This document shows, piece after piece, positions 38,923 to 49,501 of a stretch of DNA of 64,000 nt; the first letter of the stretch is position 1; each line of letters starts with the position of its first letter. The stretch spans positions 86,883-150,882 of IMG/VR virus record IMGVR_UViG_3300034152_000478; one strand, written 5' to 3'. The translations under genes were made by a program, and so were the position numbers. The notes below the pieces were generated by a model. It had not been told where the DNA came from. It did no database searches and saw only the letters and a program-made list of their open reading frames with translations. Source of the stretch: a virus.

Positions 38923-39181
38923 CTTGTCTATCCTATTATCGGTCCAATTTTCCAGTAGACTACGTTAATTTCCTTTCACCTTTCACTTTCTACCAGTTTG
39001 GCTTCTGCCAGCGCCTCGAACAGCTCCCTGTAAACTGCCTGTATTATGTCCAGTGGGTTCTTGTCTGCCCCGCTGTCGATAGTGCTCATAGCGGATTCGA
39101 CCGCTGCCTTCAGGATAATAGCGGTACGTTCTCCTTTACGCCTCTTCATTCCTTGTGTGAATGAGTATGCTTCACTTGCCA

Positions 39182-39598
39182 TTAGTCTATCTCTTCATCG
39201 TCCTCGGCCCACGGCTGCCTTTCCTGGAGAAAGACCACCTTCACCTCTGCTACCTCGCCGTTCTCAGTCCGGCGAATATAGACAGGATAGCTCCCATCAC
39301 CCATGCCGGTTCGCACGGTAACGCCAAGTCCAGGGTGCCCCTTCTGGTAGCTGAACTGCTGATGCCCCCTCTTGAAGAAGCCACCAGCGTGCAGAATGCT
39401 GCAGAACTCTTTCCAGTCTTTCGCTGGATGTTCATCGGCATCCGGCGTGACACAGTAACAGGGATCACCGACCCAGCAAAGCCCAGCGTCTACTCCGATT
39501 CGTCCGACTTCTTCCCAGTCGTAACACATCCTGGTATTGCCTCCATGTGAAAGGTGTGATATCTGTAGTCTACCCGCCACTCGTGGCCGTATTGACAA
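39182..39598 (-). CDS. DUF4241-like protein
   Basis: IGVDAGLCWVGDPCY...TGMGDGSYPVY; likely start MCYDW. Confidence 0.65.
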   Translation of the reverse strand: MSIRPRVAGRLQISHLSHGGNTRMCYDWEEVGRIGVDAGLCWVGDPCYCVTPDADEHPAKDWKEFCSILHAGGFFKRGHQQFSYQKGHPGLGVTVRTGMGDGSYPVYIRRTENGEVAEVKVVFLQERQPWAEDDEEID

Positions 39599-39992
39599 CG
39601 CATTTGCAGGCGGATCTCGTTACCTCCCTTGGGCGGCGGAACCTTCCAACCAATACTCATTAGCGTAGTCCCAGTCGTGCCACAGCGAGGGCAAACTGTA
39701 CCATTACTCCACTCGCACTGCTCCTCATACACCGTTGGCATATCCTTGACCCTCCTCTTCTTCAGGACAGTCGGCTATCTCCAGCCATATTTCACCCTTG
39801 TCAACGCCGATCTGGATCGGCCCCTCAGCCTCCACAAACTCTCTCAGGGCTGCCAGGTTCTCTATTTCCAGCTCCCATCCATTGGCTGGTTGTCCTGCCT
39901 GGTTTTTGTTAGTGCGCTCAGCTCCGTAGCATGGGGCTTGCCATGCCCGCCTGGTTGTGTGCTGACTGCGCCGCGAGATTTCAAACTTCACT

Positions 39993-40409
39993 CTACTTCT
40001 CCTTGGTGCGCTTCTCAATGATCGCAGGATTAACCGGCAGATCGATCATTCCTGCTCCCCACAATTTCTCCAACCTCTCCAGCAGAAGAGTACACAATGC
40101 GTCTTCTATCGGTGTCTTCCAGCCGAAGCGTTTGATTATTAGCTCGTACAGCGTTATGACAGGAAGAATCTCATCAGAATACTCATCGCATTTCTGATGT
40201 TTGACATACACCATATATGCATCTTGTGGTTTTATCCGGTAGGTCCCAGTGTTTGGTTCTCTTTCGCTATTTTTAATAGCCGCCTCCCAGGAAGCTTTCA
40301 AGTCCTCGTCGTGTTTTGCCAATTCATCAAGGTACCGATAAAACTCATAAATCCTCTGCCGCATTCTGGTCAGTCTCATATTACACCTCGTCCGGCGGAT
40401 CGCTTTCAA
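39993..40409 (-). CDS. Hypothetical protein
   Basis: Tiled ORF. Confidence 0.5.
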   Translation of the reverse strand: MKAIRRTRCNMRLTRMRQRIYEFYRYLDELAKHDEDLKASWEAAIKNSEREPNTGTYRIKPQDAYMVYVKHQKCDEYSDEILPVITLYELIIKRFGWKTPIEDALCTLLLERLEKLWGAGMIDLPVNPAIIEKRTKEK

Positions 40410-40758
40410 CGTAGTCTACTTCGTCCTGTAGGGCCTCAGCCAGCAGCTCGAACGCAGCCCGGTCTCTTAGCTCCTCTGAGTCAGCTCGCAGGATCTTATT
40501 GTCCACCTCTATCTCGGTAATGATTCGCTCACTGTCGCCTTCCTCCTCATGACAGCGCTCAGGCGGACCGTGTATCTTCGCAGGCAAATACCACCACTGC
40601 ACATCAAACTGCACTACCACCTCCACAGTGTCGCCCATGAAGTAGTGCTGCAGCAGCTCCCAGTCTTCCTCGGACAGCTCAGTATCGCCGATCATGGCCC
40701 GTCCTTTAGCCCATGTTACTTCCAAGGGTACGCTGTCCTGATAGAAACCGCTTGACAT
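40381..40758 (-). CDS. Hypothetical acidic protein
   Basis: Start reassigned to MSSGFY (GGAGAG RBS); GPPERC.EEEG motif. Confidence 0.55.
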   Translation of the reverse strand: MSSGFYQDSVPLEVTWAKGRAMIGDTELSEEDWELLQHYFMGDTVEVVVQFDVQWWYLPAKIHGPPERCHEEEGDSERIITEIEVDNKILRADSEELRDRAAFELLAEALQDEVDYVESDPPDEV

Positions 40759-40848
40759 AACTCTCTCCACAGTAGGAAAATTAGTGGCGGGGTGGGCGGC
40801 GGCCAATTTTGGCGGCGGCCACACCCCGCATTCCGAATGAAGGTGCAA

Positions 40849-41823
40849 TCAGTTTGTAGGAGTCTTCGCCAGCTCCCCGGTCGTGAGAAGCTTGAACGCC
40901 TTCTCTTTGAACTGCTCGCCCGAACCGAAGGTCAGGGCCATGGCGCGGCGCTGCGCTCGCTCCAAGCCTTCCGTCTTCCCTTCCCGGTAACGCTTCTCAT
41001 GGTCAGCGTACTCGGTGGCGGCATTGTAGAGCCCGTAGAAGGTGCCCCGAACGCCGGGAATGTCAGTGCCACGTCCACCCTCGATTAACTGGTGGAGACG
41101 AGACTTGTTAGCCTCCCAGGTGCGAATCCGCCCTTCCTGCTTCGTTTCAGGTTTGGGGAGCATCTTGTCGACGAAGATCGTAGAAATATTGGTGTTGGCG
41201 ACACGCTCAGTCAGACCCTTCAGAGCCTCGCCAAACATATTGTAGTACTTCTGTGACCACAGGACAGCGTCACGAGCCTGCGTCAGTCGATCCTCGTAGT
41301 TGACGGTATGGCGAATCGTGAAGAGATTGCGGGTCCGTCCTACGATACCGGCGATCTGGTTTGTACAGACGAAACGGTGGGCCATAGGAAGACCGAGAGC
41401 CGAAGAGCCACCGTCGAATCCGTTGAGAAACAACATGTAGAGGGCGACGCGATCACCCTGGATAACTTCCATGTCTTCGCTCATGCGAGCCAGCAGCCAC
41501 ACGCGACGGTTGCCGTCCAGCGTACCGCATGCCTCATACTCGCAGTGCCCCTGCTCAACAGCCGGGTCCAGGAAAGAGAAGACTTCGCGGTTCTGAATGA
41601 TAGTGTAGCCAGCTCCCACGGCTCGCCTGGAAAGCTTTTCTCGGCCACCCTCTTCCAGATCGCGCACGATAGCCCAGGAGTCACCGTCCTGAGCACCATC
41701 CTCGAAGAATAGGGGAAGCTTGTAGGCTTCAAAATTCAAACCGGCCTGGGTCAGGATCTCCTCGGCAGGAGCCTTGCTGTCCTCAACTCTCTGGCCAGTT
41801 TCCAGCAACGTTTCGACACTCAT
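40849..41823 (-). CDS. DUF932/DUF945 (TIGR03299-like) phage/plasmid protein
   Basis: VG..YTIIQN, G.RVWLLA, NGFDG, RFVCTN, IRHT, GTFYGLYNAATEYADH. Confidence 0.88.
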   Translation of the reverse strand: MSVETLLETGQRVEDSKAPAEEILTQAGLNFEAYKLPLFFEDGAQDGDSWAIVRDLEEGGREKLSRRAVGAGYTIIQNREVFSFLDPAVEQGHCEYEACGTLDGNRRVWLLARMSEDMEVIQGDRVALYMLFLNGFDGGSSALGLPMAHRFVCTNQIAGIVGRTRNLFTIRHTVNYEDRLTQARDAVLWSQKYYNMFGEALKGLTERVANTNISTIFVDKMLPKPETKQEGRIRTWEANKSRLHQLIEGGRGTDIPGVRGTFYGLYNAATEYADHEKRYREGKTEGLERAQRRAMALTFGSGEQFKEKAFKLLTTGELAKTPTN

Positions 41824-41877
41824 AAGTTACCTCCGTAGTTTTGGGTGTAGTAAAACTTTTAATTACCTCTCTATTCT

Positions 41878-41905
41878 ACTATACCATATTCTGGGGAAAA
41901 GTCAA
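41878..41905 (-). promoter_or_regulatory. sigma70-type early promoter
   Basis: TTGACT-16-TATAGT. Confidence 0.7.
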
Positions 41906-41906
41906 A

Positions 41907-42308
41907 TTAATTCTCTTTCATGAGCTGGCCAAGTACCATTAGTCCAGCCAGCATGTCCAGTTTGCGCTTTTCGGCCTTTTCTTTGGCCTTCTTCTTTTTC
42001 TTCTTGTCCTCCTCGTTCTCTCGCGTCGTCAGGGCCACGAGGTAGTTGCGCAGATCCTGGTCCGCGAGCCTATCAGCGAGACTCTCAAAGAACTTCCAGG
42101 CCCAGCCAGGAATGTTACCATGAATATTGATGTAACGATCTGAGAGAGACCGTACTGCCCTCGGCACCTTCGTCTTGAACCGCTCTGCAGCGTCTTTTAG
42201 CGCAGCTTCCAGCGTCTCTACGTCCTCGTGAGACAGGTGAGCCCGCGAATGGCGAAAGAAGACATAATCGAACGGGTTTGAAACGCAGGAATCCTTCAGC
42301 CTTTTCAT
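41907..42308 (-). CDS. Hypothetical protein
   Basis: Start MKRLKD with GAGGAG RBS. Confidence 0.55.
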   Translation of the reverse strand: MKRLKDSCVSNPFDYVFFRHSRAHLSHEDVETLEAALKDAAERFKTKVPRAVRSLSDRYINIHGNIPGWAWKFFESLADRLADQDLRNYLVALTTRENEEDKKKKKKAKEKAEKRKLDMLAGLMVLGQLMKEN

Positions 42309-42432
42309 TGCTCTCCTCGTTGAAAGGGGTGGCGGAGCCAGGCTAACGCCCAGCCCCGCCTGGGTCAAATCCCGTAGGGTGGAGCCCCTACGCCGAGGCT
42401 CCTACTAACACCATGCCCCGCAGGACTAATGC

Positions 42433-42780
42433 TTAGGCTATTTCAAATGTAATGCCAACTTCTGCCAGCTTAGCGCTGATACGCTGCGCCTCAGTCTTCT
42501 CCAGGTTTTTAATTAGTGCTCGCGGCATAAGGCTCTCAACAAAATCTTTTGCCTGCTTGAGACCCATAGATGTGACTGATCGCACGGCCTTGATGGCTTT
42601 GATCTTGTCGCCGCTATAGCCAGTCATGTACAAGGTGACTCCCTGTAGCTGATCCATCATAGCCTCCAAACTGTCGGCGATGGCACGCAGATGCAAAACT
42701 GCTTCTGGAAGATCAGTAATCACCAGATCGATGACACCTTCACTGAACTCTCTTCGCAGACTCAGCTTCAAACTACTCAT
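42433..42780 (-). CDS. Ribosomal protein bL12 (L7/L12) C-terminal-domain protein
   Basis: KIKAIKAVRSVTSMGLKQAKDFVE..P...K.EA..I..KL.EVG. Confidence 0.8.
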   Translation of the reverse strand: MSSLKLSLRREFSEGVIDLVITDLPEAVLHLRAIADSLEAMMDQLQGVTLYMTGYSGDKIKAIKAVRSVTSMGLKQAKDFVESLMPRALIKNLEKTEAQRISAKLAEVGITFEIA

Positions 42781-43106
42781 GATTGTCTCCTTATTTTCTC
42801 AGTAATGGCCTCGCGGATATCCTCGTCCTGAGGGTTCAGTCCAGCCTTCAAGGCGGCAGCACCAGCGCCCATGACAAACATGTTCGTATCTACACTCTTG
42901 CTTCCGAACGGCCCTGACTCAGCAGCCAGCTCAGCAAGAAACTCCTCCTTAGTCTTCGGCTCAGAGCCAATCACGATGCCGTACATTTCAGCGTGTGCTT
43001 TGTTGCGACACACACGTCTCCGACACGCACCACGCCACTCGTCGATCGCCCGAACTTCTTTGTCGCAGTACTTGCACTGAGCCATTTCAATCTCCTCGTT
43101 ATCGTT

Positions 43107-43841
43107 CTACCCTATTATATCACATGAAACCTGGGTTGTCAAGAGCAATTCTGGAAAATTTAATCTTCGCTGTAAGTTGTGTAGTATTACGTAGTTATCG
43201 TAGGCCCTGGCTGCGTCCCCCTCGGCAGCGAACATGCCGATATACTGGATTTTCCCAGCGTGACGTATCCTGGCCTCCCACCTACTCCTGCTGCCTCGCC
43301 ATGTGACGCCTATGAAAGACGATTTACCGCGTCCGCTGAAGTACCGTGCCCTGGCTTCTTTCTCCTCGGCTATGATCTTACAACGCTTCTCAAGGCGGAG
43401 ATCAGGGAAATTTATCTCTTGTACCATGCAGTCGTAATGCAGTGCCGCCCGCTCAGCAGTGAACCATGGTCCTGCGTGTTGGGTATAGCCATCTTCTTGA
43501 ATCCAGAATGAGAAATACACCAGATAGAAAGACTTTACCCCTACATAATTTCTCGAATCGTACTGACGCATTGTGTAGATGTTCACAGAGCCCGGCGCGA
43601 TTCTCAAGTTCTCTTTCCTGTTGTCCAGGCCATTCCCATTCAGGTGTTGTATCTGTCGAGGATCGCCTCGTGTCAGTCCCATTATCATTCTGTGCATGCT
43701 GGTACCGAGAGCAGTCATGGCGTACTCACGCGCCCCTTGTCGCTGCACATACCACTTGCGCTGAGACACAAGCTCATGGTCTTCGTCGTCGACCAGGGCA
43801 TGTTGATCGCCAGGTGACTCAGTAACCTTGACAGCCTTCAC
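43107..43841 (-). CDS. HNH-AP2 endonuclease
   Basis: ALVDDED, MHRMIM, HLNGNGLDNRKENLR, SSFIGV.W...WEARI...AARAYD...LNFP. Confidence 0.88.
   Translation of the reverse strand: MKAVKVTESPGDQHALVDDEDHELVSQRKWYVQRQGAREYAMTALGTSMHRMIMGLTRGDPRQIQHLNGNGLDNRKENLRIAPGSVNIYTMRQYDSRNYVGVKSFYLVYFSFWIQEDGYTQHAGPWFTAERAALHYDCMVQEINFPDLRLEKRCKIIAEEKEARARYFSGRGKSSFIGVTWRGSRSRWEARIRHAGKIQYIGMFAAEGDAARAYDNYVILHNLQRRLNFPELLLTTQVSCDIIG
43114..43142 (-). promoter_or_regulatory. sigma70 promoter
   Basis: TTGACA-17-TATAAT. Confidence 0.75.
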
Positions 43842-44311
43842 TGTATTCGCCTCCGGTCCTTCGGTGTTTCGTCGTAGTTGATCCAGTATTCAGCACCATT
43901 ATCTTGTGGACAGTAGCAGATCCACCGCAGTGCTGCGCCATGCACGAACGGAAAGACAACATAGGCCCGCTGCATTTCCATAACACGCCCGCCCATTGCC
44001 TCGATCTCTTTTATATATCCATGCATGGCAGTTATCTTGTTGTTCAAATCACCTTGTGCCGCACTGACTTGCTCTTTGACTATCTCTTGCTCTTCCGGCG
44101 TCAAGTCTTTCGTCGCTGTCTTTTCCAGGTTAGTAAGCACATTGCGCAGGCGAACGACATTAGCCCAGCACTCTATAATGCTGTTGCATATCCTATCGAT
44201 CAGGGGAACTCGCCTGTTAAATTCTTCGACCGTAATAGCCTCTTGTTTCATTAGAACCTCCGCAACATAAAGGAGGGTTTCAGTGGTCCAGCCAATTCTT
44301 CTTCTGCACAC
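43838..44311 (-). CDS. DUF2203-like protein
   Basis: T.EEFN..VP.I...coiled coil...VVFP...ICY....EYW; likely start MKQEAI. Confidence 0.6.
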   Translation of the reverse strand: MCRRRIGWTTETLLYVAEVLMKQEAITVEEFNRRVPLIDRICNSIIECWANVVRLRNVLTNLEKTATKDLTPEEQEIVKEQVSAAQGDLNNKITAMHGYIKEIEAMGGRVMEMQRAYVVFPFVHGAALRWICYCPQDNGAEYWINYDETPKDRRRIQ

Positions 44312-44570
44312 CAGTGAGAAATGTCAGGCTGGATATTGTATAACTCTGCTAACTGTTCTCTCTCCATGGCAAACAAAGTATCGTAGTACTCTCGATCGTC
44401 AGCTTGTATCTCTCCAATTAGTTTTTGGAAGTAGCCTATTAAATTCTCGAAGCTTCTTATCCATCCTGTCCTGTCCCAATAGCCATCGTAGACAAGATAG
44501 CCATTGTCTTTCAGGTAGATAAATAGAAAGGTGTCGAGAATCCTTAGTTGCCCCTCAGTGATGCCGGTAT

Positions 44571-45161
44571 TCACGAAGCCTCCTTTTGCGAGTAGCGAAC
44601 TTCCGGCAGTATTCCTTGACTGGTAAGAACTATCTGGAACTTCTCTCGCAACTTGCGAAACAGGTAATAGGTGCGCCGCACCGTTTCCCCGATTGCCTCT
44701 GCGATCTGCGGCACGCTCATACCATTGTAGTACATGAACATCATGCCGCGCTCGTCGTGTTTCTCGATCAGCATTTGCAAGTCCATGCGCAGGTTAAGTT
44801 GATAATCCATGAGGGTGGATTGACTGTTGCTGCCTGATGGCTTTGCCTGCACTGGAGTATCTTCTTCGTCGGCATTCAGGAAGTTAGAAGCCTTCTTGTA
44901 GTTAATAGGATGGATGGTTTGTGCCAGCAGATTAGCGAGCCTGAGTTTCATGTCCTGCTTCATGAAGTACTCGACCGCATCGAGACTGGTAACGTCGTCA
45001 CGATCCAGCATATTGTTGTAGGTCATGAGAATCTGTAGACACATTTCCTGCCGCATGTCTTCCTTTCGACAAATTGGACTGCCAGGCAGAGCATAGATTT
45101 TCTTCTCGATCCAATCAGCCAGGTTTGCCAGGAAGGTTTCAACTGGCGGAAGGTTCTTCAT
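44571..45161 (-). CDS. ECF sigma-factor-like protein
   Basis: EDMRQE region-2-like; MYYNGMSVPQIAEAIGETVRRT region-4 HTH. Confidence 0.6.
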   Translation of the reverse strand: MKNLPPVETFLANLADWIEKKIYALPGSPICRKEDMRQEMCLQILMTYNNMLDRDDVTSLDAVEYFMKQDMKLRLANLLAQTIHPINYKKASNFLNADEEDTPVQAKPSGSNSQSTLMDYQLNLRMDLQMLIEKHDERGMMFMYYNGMSVPQIAEAIGETVRRTYYLFRKLREKFQIVLTSQGILPEVRYSQKEAS

Positions 45162-45663
45162 GTTGATTCTCCGTTGGTGGATTAATTTGTTTTTCGATAC
45201 GTCTAATAGCTACACGCAGGCTTATCTTTTCGTTCGTCCAGTAGTCGTGACCTCGTACTCTCTGTTGGTTTTTTTTGTCAAGGCTTTTTGTTAGACTAAA
45301 TAGTGCTGCTGCAACTACTCCAACAGCGATCCAGCTAAGTCCAAGCTGCGGATTCCAGAACAACACAACAGCAAAGCAGACACATGACAGGCCCAGATAA
45401 ACATAGGCGAACATCAGTCAGCCTCGATTGTCCCTTCAAGGTTGATGCAGATTTCCGTTTCGCCCTCCTCGAACATCTCTCGAAGCTGGCTATGAAATTC
45501 CTTGCCGAACATGTCCAGCATATCCCCGTGGATTGTGAAGCAAAGATACTTACTGACGAAAGACGCGGCAGTGCTTCTTTGCTTACTGTATACATGGAAC
45601 ATTTCAAAGTCGTACTTGTCTCGTTCGATCCAGACGGTCATGTTAGTTCTCCTGTACAATTGA

Positions 45664-46047
45664 TTAGACATATGGAAGGGAGACCTTGTCTTTCCAGATC
45701 CAGTCGCTGCCTTCCAGAATCTCCTCGTAGATTTGACAGGCGATCTCGCACGATGCCTCGTTTCTAAGATCGTACTGTCGGTCCTTATACGCCAGGGCCA
45801 TGTTGACTGCTAACTGCAGGAAGATCCCGAACAGAGTTTGCTGCAGCGTGCGGTGATGCTGTGATAGCCACATTGCCAGCTTAGCTTTGTCGAGCCCCAT
45901 CACATTGACTGCGTCTGTAATCTTCTGCGCAACTACGTACTCGTGCTCGTCTCTACTCATTACTCGATTCTCCTGCTTTACCTGACATAGGGAAGTTGCC
46001 CTGGATCTTGCCGCAGTCGAGACAGTAGTAGAACTCGATATAGTCAC
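45664..46047 (-). CDS. Hypothetical phage protein
   Basis: HRTLQQ...YDLRNEAS motif; likely start MSRDEH. Confidence 0.55.
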   Translation of the reverse strand: MTISSSTTVSTAARSRATSLCQVKQENRVMSRDEHEYVVAQKITDAVNVMGLDKAKLAMWLSQHHRTLQQTLFGIFLQLAVNMALAYKDRQYDLRNEASCEIACQIYEEILEGSDWIWKDKVSLPYV

Positions 46048-46183
46048 CGCCGCCTATGCCGATGTCTTCCGGCACGTAGCCGTCGTGTTCCTGCCCGTTC
46101 GGGTACCCGACAAAACACAGATCGCTCGTCTTTCCAGAGACGTGGGCAATCATAACAGATTCACAGTGTTTGCTGTCACACAT
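45953..46183 (-). CDS. Small Cys-rich phage protein
   Basis: K.SDLC...GYVP...GGGDYIEF.YCLDCGKIQG. Confidence 0.6.
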   Translation of the reverse strand: MCDSKHCESVMIAHVSGKTSDLCFVGYPNGQEHDGYVPEDIGIGGGDYIEFYYCLDCGKIQGNFPMSGKAGESSNE

Positions 46184-46425
46184 TAGTCATCTTCTCCCAC
46201 TGCAATGTCGGCCAGGTGGCGAATGGCCTTCTCCAAATAGTCGTCGACCAAAGCATTGAAGTCGCCTGCACCATAACAGCCTCGTTCGATTAGCTTGTCG
46301 CGGATTCGATTGCGTAGTATTTCGAGAAGGTCCATTACTCTGCCTCTGTCATTCTCTCAATCGCCTGCCGGATACCTCGTGAAGCAGGTGACTCTTGTTT
46401 GCTCAGGTAGTATGCACCTATTAAC

Positions 46426-46454
46426 AGTATAGCACACAAACCGAGGATTGTCAA
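46426..46454 (-). promoter_or_regulatory. sigma70 promoter
   Basis: TTGACA-17-TATACT. Confidence 0.75.
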
Positions 46455-46685
46455 GAGCCTAACCATATTAGTCCTCTTTGATGATGCCACGCAGCTCGTC
46501 TACGTACTCAATCAGCATATCAAGTAGATCATCGGTTTGCATTTCGTCATAGCCATGCCGATTGACAAACTTGCCCAACGCTTTGCGCATGTCCAGCTCA
46601 CGCTGGGCTTCTATTGCAGCAGCTTCGTCGACATAGTGGCGACCGTCGCTGGTCTGCCACATTTCAACTTTTTTAATAGCCATGA

Positions 46686-47216
46686 TTATTCCTTGATTCT
46701 CGCTCTTATCTCAACGCCAGTATGTTGTCCCTTTACAACAAAGAAGCTTTTTGGAGGCATGACTTGCCCTCTTGAATCCTGCCCTTTCCAATTTCCCTGC
46801 TGAGTAGCGTAGTGGTGTAGCTCCACATAGCCATCGTTCATTATATCGCCGATCTCAAGATTGACATCAGTCTCAGTAATCGGACCTTTTACTACCACGG
46901 TGCCGACTGCATCCTTCTTAATGAAAAGCCAGAATAGATTCTCCATGTTTCACCTCAAACAGGAAGGATATTCACCTCTACCATTCCGCCCGACAGCACA
47001 AAGAAAGACTTGGGCGGCATGTTCTGTCCTTCGTCGTTCTGTCCGTTCCACCCACATTCCTTTATGATCGAATGAGCATACAGCTCAACGTAGCCGTCAT
47101 GTAAAAGGTGAGACACCTTCTGCGAGACAACTGGCAGACTGCGCGGTCCATACACACAAACGCTTTCGCTCTCCTCATGCCGAATGAAAATCCAGCATAG
47201 TTTTTCCGGTAGCATT
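46686..47216 (-). repeat. Two tandem paralogous small genes
   Basis: 46686..46946 (MENLFWLFI...GYVEL...WKGQDSRGQVMPPKSFFVV) and 46955..47216 (MLPEKLCWIFI...GYVEL...WNGQNDEGQNMPPKSFFVL). Confidence 0.7.
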
Positions 47217-47229
47217 TTACGCTCCAAGG

Positions 47230-47751
47230 TTAATTGTCGAACCAGAAGATGATGCGGGTGGCGTACCCCATCTTTTCCAGCGCTGCCATGGCAGCAATCG
47301 TCGCCTTCAGCCCGGCGTGCTTCCACTTCACGCGAAGATTGACCTTGCGTAACTCGGTTAGTGTCATCCAGGAAGCGCTGTGCCAATCGGGATGGGTAAT
47401 CAAGTCGTCTTTGTGGACCGATCTTCCTTTAGTGTCTCGGATCTTGGAGTATCCTCGGTCGACATATTTCTGAGCCTCTTTGATAGTGATAAAGCCTGGC
47501 TCCCTGTCCTTTGCATATTCATTGTTTGCACGCAGATAATAGTGCCGGATCGCACCGCCACCGAGATTAGTTGGCACGCCTCGTCTTGCAACAACAGGTC
47601 TAACATCATCATAGTTGCGCACACCAGCCATGATTGCGAACAGATCGTAGCAACGCTCCCAGTTGAGCCCTTGATAGGCCAGCGTTTGCCACCAGATACT
47701 GTCTTCTCGCTTGTCTGCAAACTCAAGGTGGACGTGAATGTCGCAGCCCAT
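47230..47751 (-). CDS. Conserved hypothetical phage protein (MGCDIH type)
   Basis: MGCDIH...R.Y.LFA..AGVR...RG.P...HSASW.TL.EL...RIIFWFDN. Confidence 0.7.
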   Translation of the reverse strand: MGCDIHVHLEFADKREDSIWWQTLAYQGLNWERCYDLFAIMAGVRNYDDVRPVVARRGVPTNLGGGAIRHYYLRANNEYAKDREPGFITIKEAQKYVDRGYSKIRDTKGRSVHKDDLITHPDWHSASWMTLTELRKVNLRVKWKHAGLKATIAAMAALEKMGYATRIIFWFDN

Positions 47752-47909
47752 GTTATCCTCCTGTTATTTCCCAGCCCGGCTGGACGCCCTTCAGATTAAA
47801 GTAAGCTTCCATCTCAGCTCCCGGCTCAGCGTCCGGCGCACCGCTCTGAGAAGCCTCCACCATTATGATCTTGTTGTTTTCCAGCTTCCAGGTTTGTACC
47901 TTGCGGTCA

Positions 47910-48317
47910 CTAATGTGAACCAGCTTGGCTCGCATGATTAGGCTCCTCTGCGATGACTTCTGTCGGCTCGAACCATTCCAGTGCTACTGTGCCGTCTGGC
48001 CACTCTGCTCTATCTGACAGGCTGAGTTTTCCACTATCCGCCCATGCTTGTACAATCAGCCTGGACGTAAATGCGCCGCCTGTAAATGCTCTCCACTTTG
48101 GAAGTCTGCGCTTTTTACCTATCCCTTTTATAAGGGTATGTCCTGAAGTCATCCATCTGCGGGCTTCCTGCTCGGTATTGAATGCCAAAATGCCACCAAC
48201 AGTAGGATAAGATCGCATCCCACACTCATATCCGATAGCCAACGGACTGACTGGGTCGTTGCACGACCGCATGCTCCCACCTGCCATGCGCGTTACTACT
48301 TTCCAGTATGTGCCCAT
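47910..48317 (-). CDS. Hypothetical protein
   Basis: Tiled ORF. Confidence 0.5.
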   Translation of the reverse strand: MGTYWKVVTRMAGGSMRSCNDPVSPLAIGYECGMRSYPTVGGILAFNTEQEARRWMTSGHTLIKGIGKKRRLPKWRAFTGGAFTSRLIVQAWADSGKLSLSDRAEWPDGTVALEWFEPTEVIAEEPNHASQAGSH

Positions 48318-48713
48318 TAGTCAATCTCGAAAACGTCGCCCAGCTTTTCCTCGGCCTCTGTGAGCACCTCAGCGTGTCTGTGCAGCGTCGTGGGTCCACG
48401 CTTACCGTCACTGTACTCAGGCCAGTCATCAGGATAGATCCAGCGAGGATCTCGCAGCTCAGGCAGAGCCCGTGATTCAACAACTCCCATAGCCTGAACA
48501 ATAGCAGCCCAGACGCTCCAGCCTTCACCATCTCTACCGTCCATGTGTACGAAAACAAACCGCATTAGTCGACACCTACGTCGTAGCCTTTGCAGCGCGG
48601 ACACTTCACCTCGAACGTGCGCGGACCGAGAGTCCGTTTGAACTGCTTGCCGCACTCGTAACACTTCAACTGTACTTTCGACTTCATGCTCACCTCCGCT
48701 TCGGTTCTACTCT

Positions 48714-48741
48714 ATTATACCACACCGAATGGAAAAGTCAA
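48714..48741 (-). promoter_or_regulatory. sigma70-type early promoter
   Basis: TTGACT-16-TATAAT. Confidence 0.72.
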
Positions 48742-48753
48742 ATTAAAATCTCT

Positions 48754-49242
48754 TCACTTATTGATTTCATGCAGGATCGCAACCTGTCCACCACAACCCA
48801 CGTGATGGGCGCTGCGCTTAGCTATGCTCCGGGCCTTGCGCTTCGTTACCTTGAACTCCTGCAGGCAAGTCAAACAGGTAGCCGTCTCGCTTCGTGGCTG
48901 CCTTCGATTGCGCTGTACGTTAAAACCATGACAACGCCTTCCGTCGCCGCCGATCGCCAAGCAGATCGCCCGCCACACCCTGCCATGGCCGTGTCCTTTA
49001 CCTACAAGCAGATGGGCAATCTCGTGCCGCACCGTCCTGTCCAGACCATAAAAGTTAGCAGGATCAGAGAAGATCGCTTCCGACAACTCAACCAATTGCG
49101 TACTGTACGTTGCCCTCCCCGCGCACGTGTGCATTCTGGTATTGAGACAGAAAGTCATGCCCCACAGCTTGTCCTTCCACTGCGGAAACTGCTTAGCCAA
49201 CTCGTCTCTGATTCGCCTGGCTTCCTCGATAATCTTTGACAT
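48754..49242 (-). CDS. SprT-like zinc metalloprotease
   Basis: RM.T.AG.A, TVRHEIAH, GHG.VW, C-terminal Zn ribbon. Confidence 0.88.
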   Translation of the reverse strand: MSKIIEEARRIRDELAKQFPQWKDKLWGMTFCLNTRMHTCAGRATYSTQLVELSEAIFSDPANFYGLDRTVRHEIAHLLVGKGHGHGRVWRAICLAIGGDGRRCHGFNVQRNRRQPRSETATCLTCLQEFKVTKRKARSIAKRSAHHVGCGGQVAILHEINK

Positions 49243-49268
49243 GCTTTTCTCCGTTGTGGTTCTATTCT

Positions 49269-49296
49269 ATTATAACATGCCCAGCGAGAAAGTCAA
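49269..49296 (-). promoter_or_regulatory. sigma70-type early promoter
   Basis: TTGACT-16-TATAAT. Confidence 0.72.
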
Positions 49297-49501
49297 GTTA
49301 AAAGTTGTTCACTGACACAGCGCTCACAGTAATACGCCTGAAATGATCCGCCATCCAGATCAGCGTACATGCGATACATGCTACCTTGCGACAGCAGTTC
49401 GACCCGCCTCCCACACTTGCAGCATGTCAGAATGAAACTGCGTATGGCAGCCTCACGACCGTACAGCCGTGGCGTGCGAGGAGGCAAGACGGGCTGCAGA
49501 T

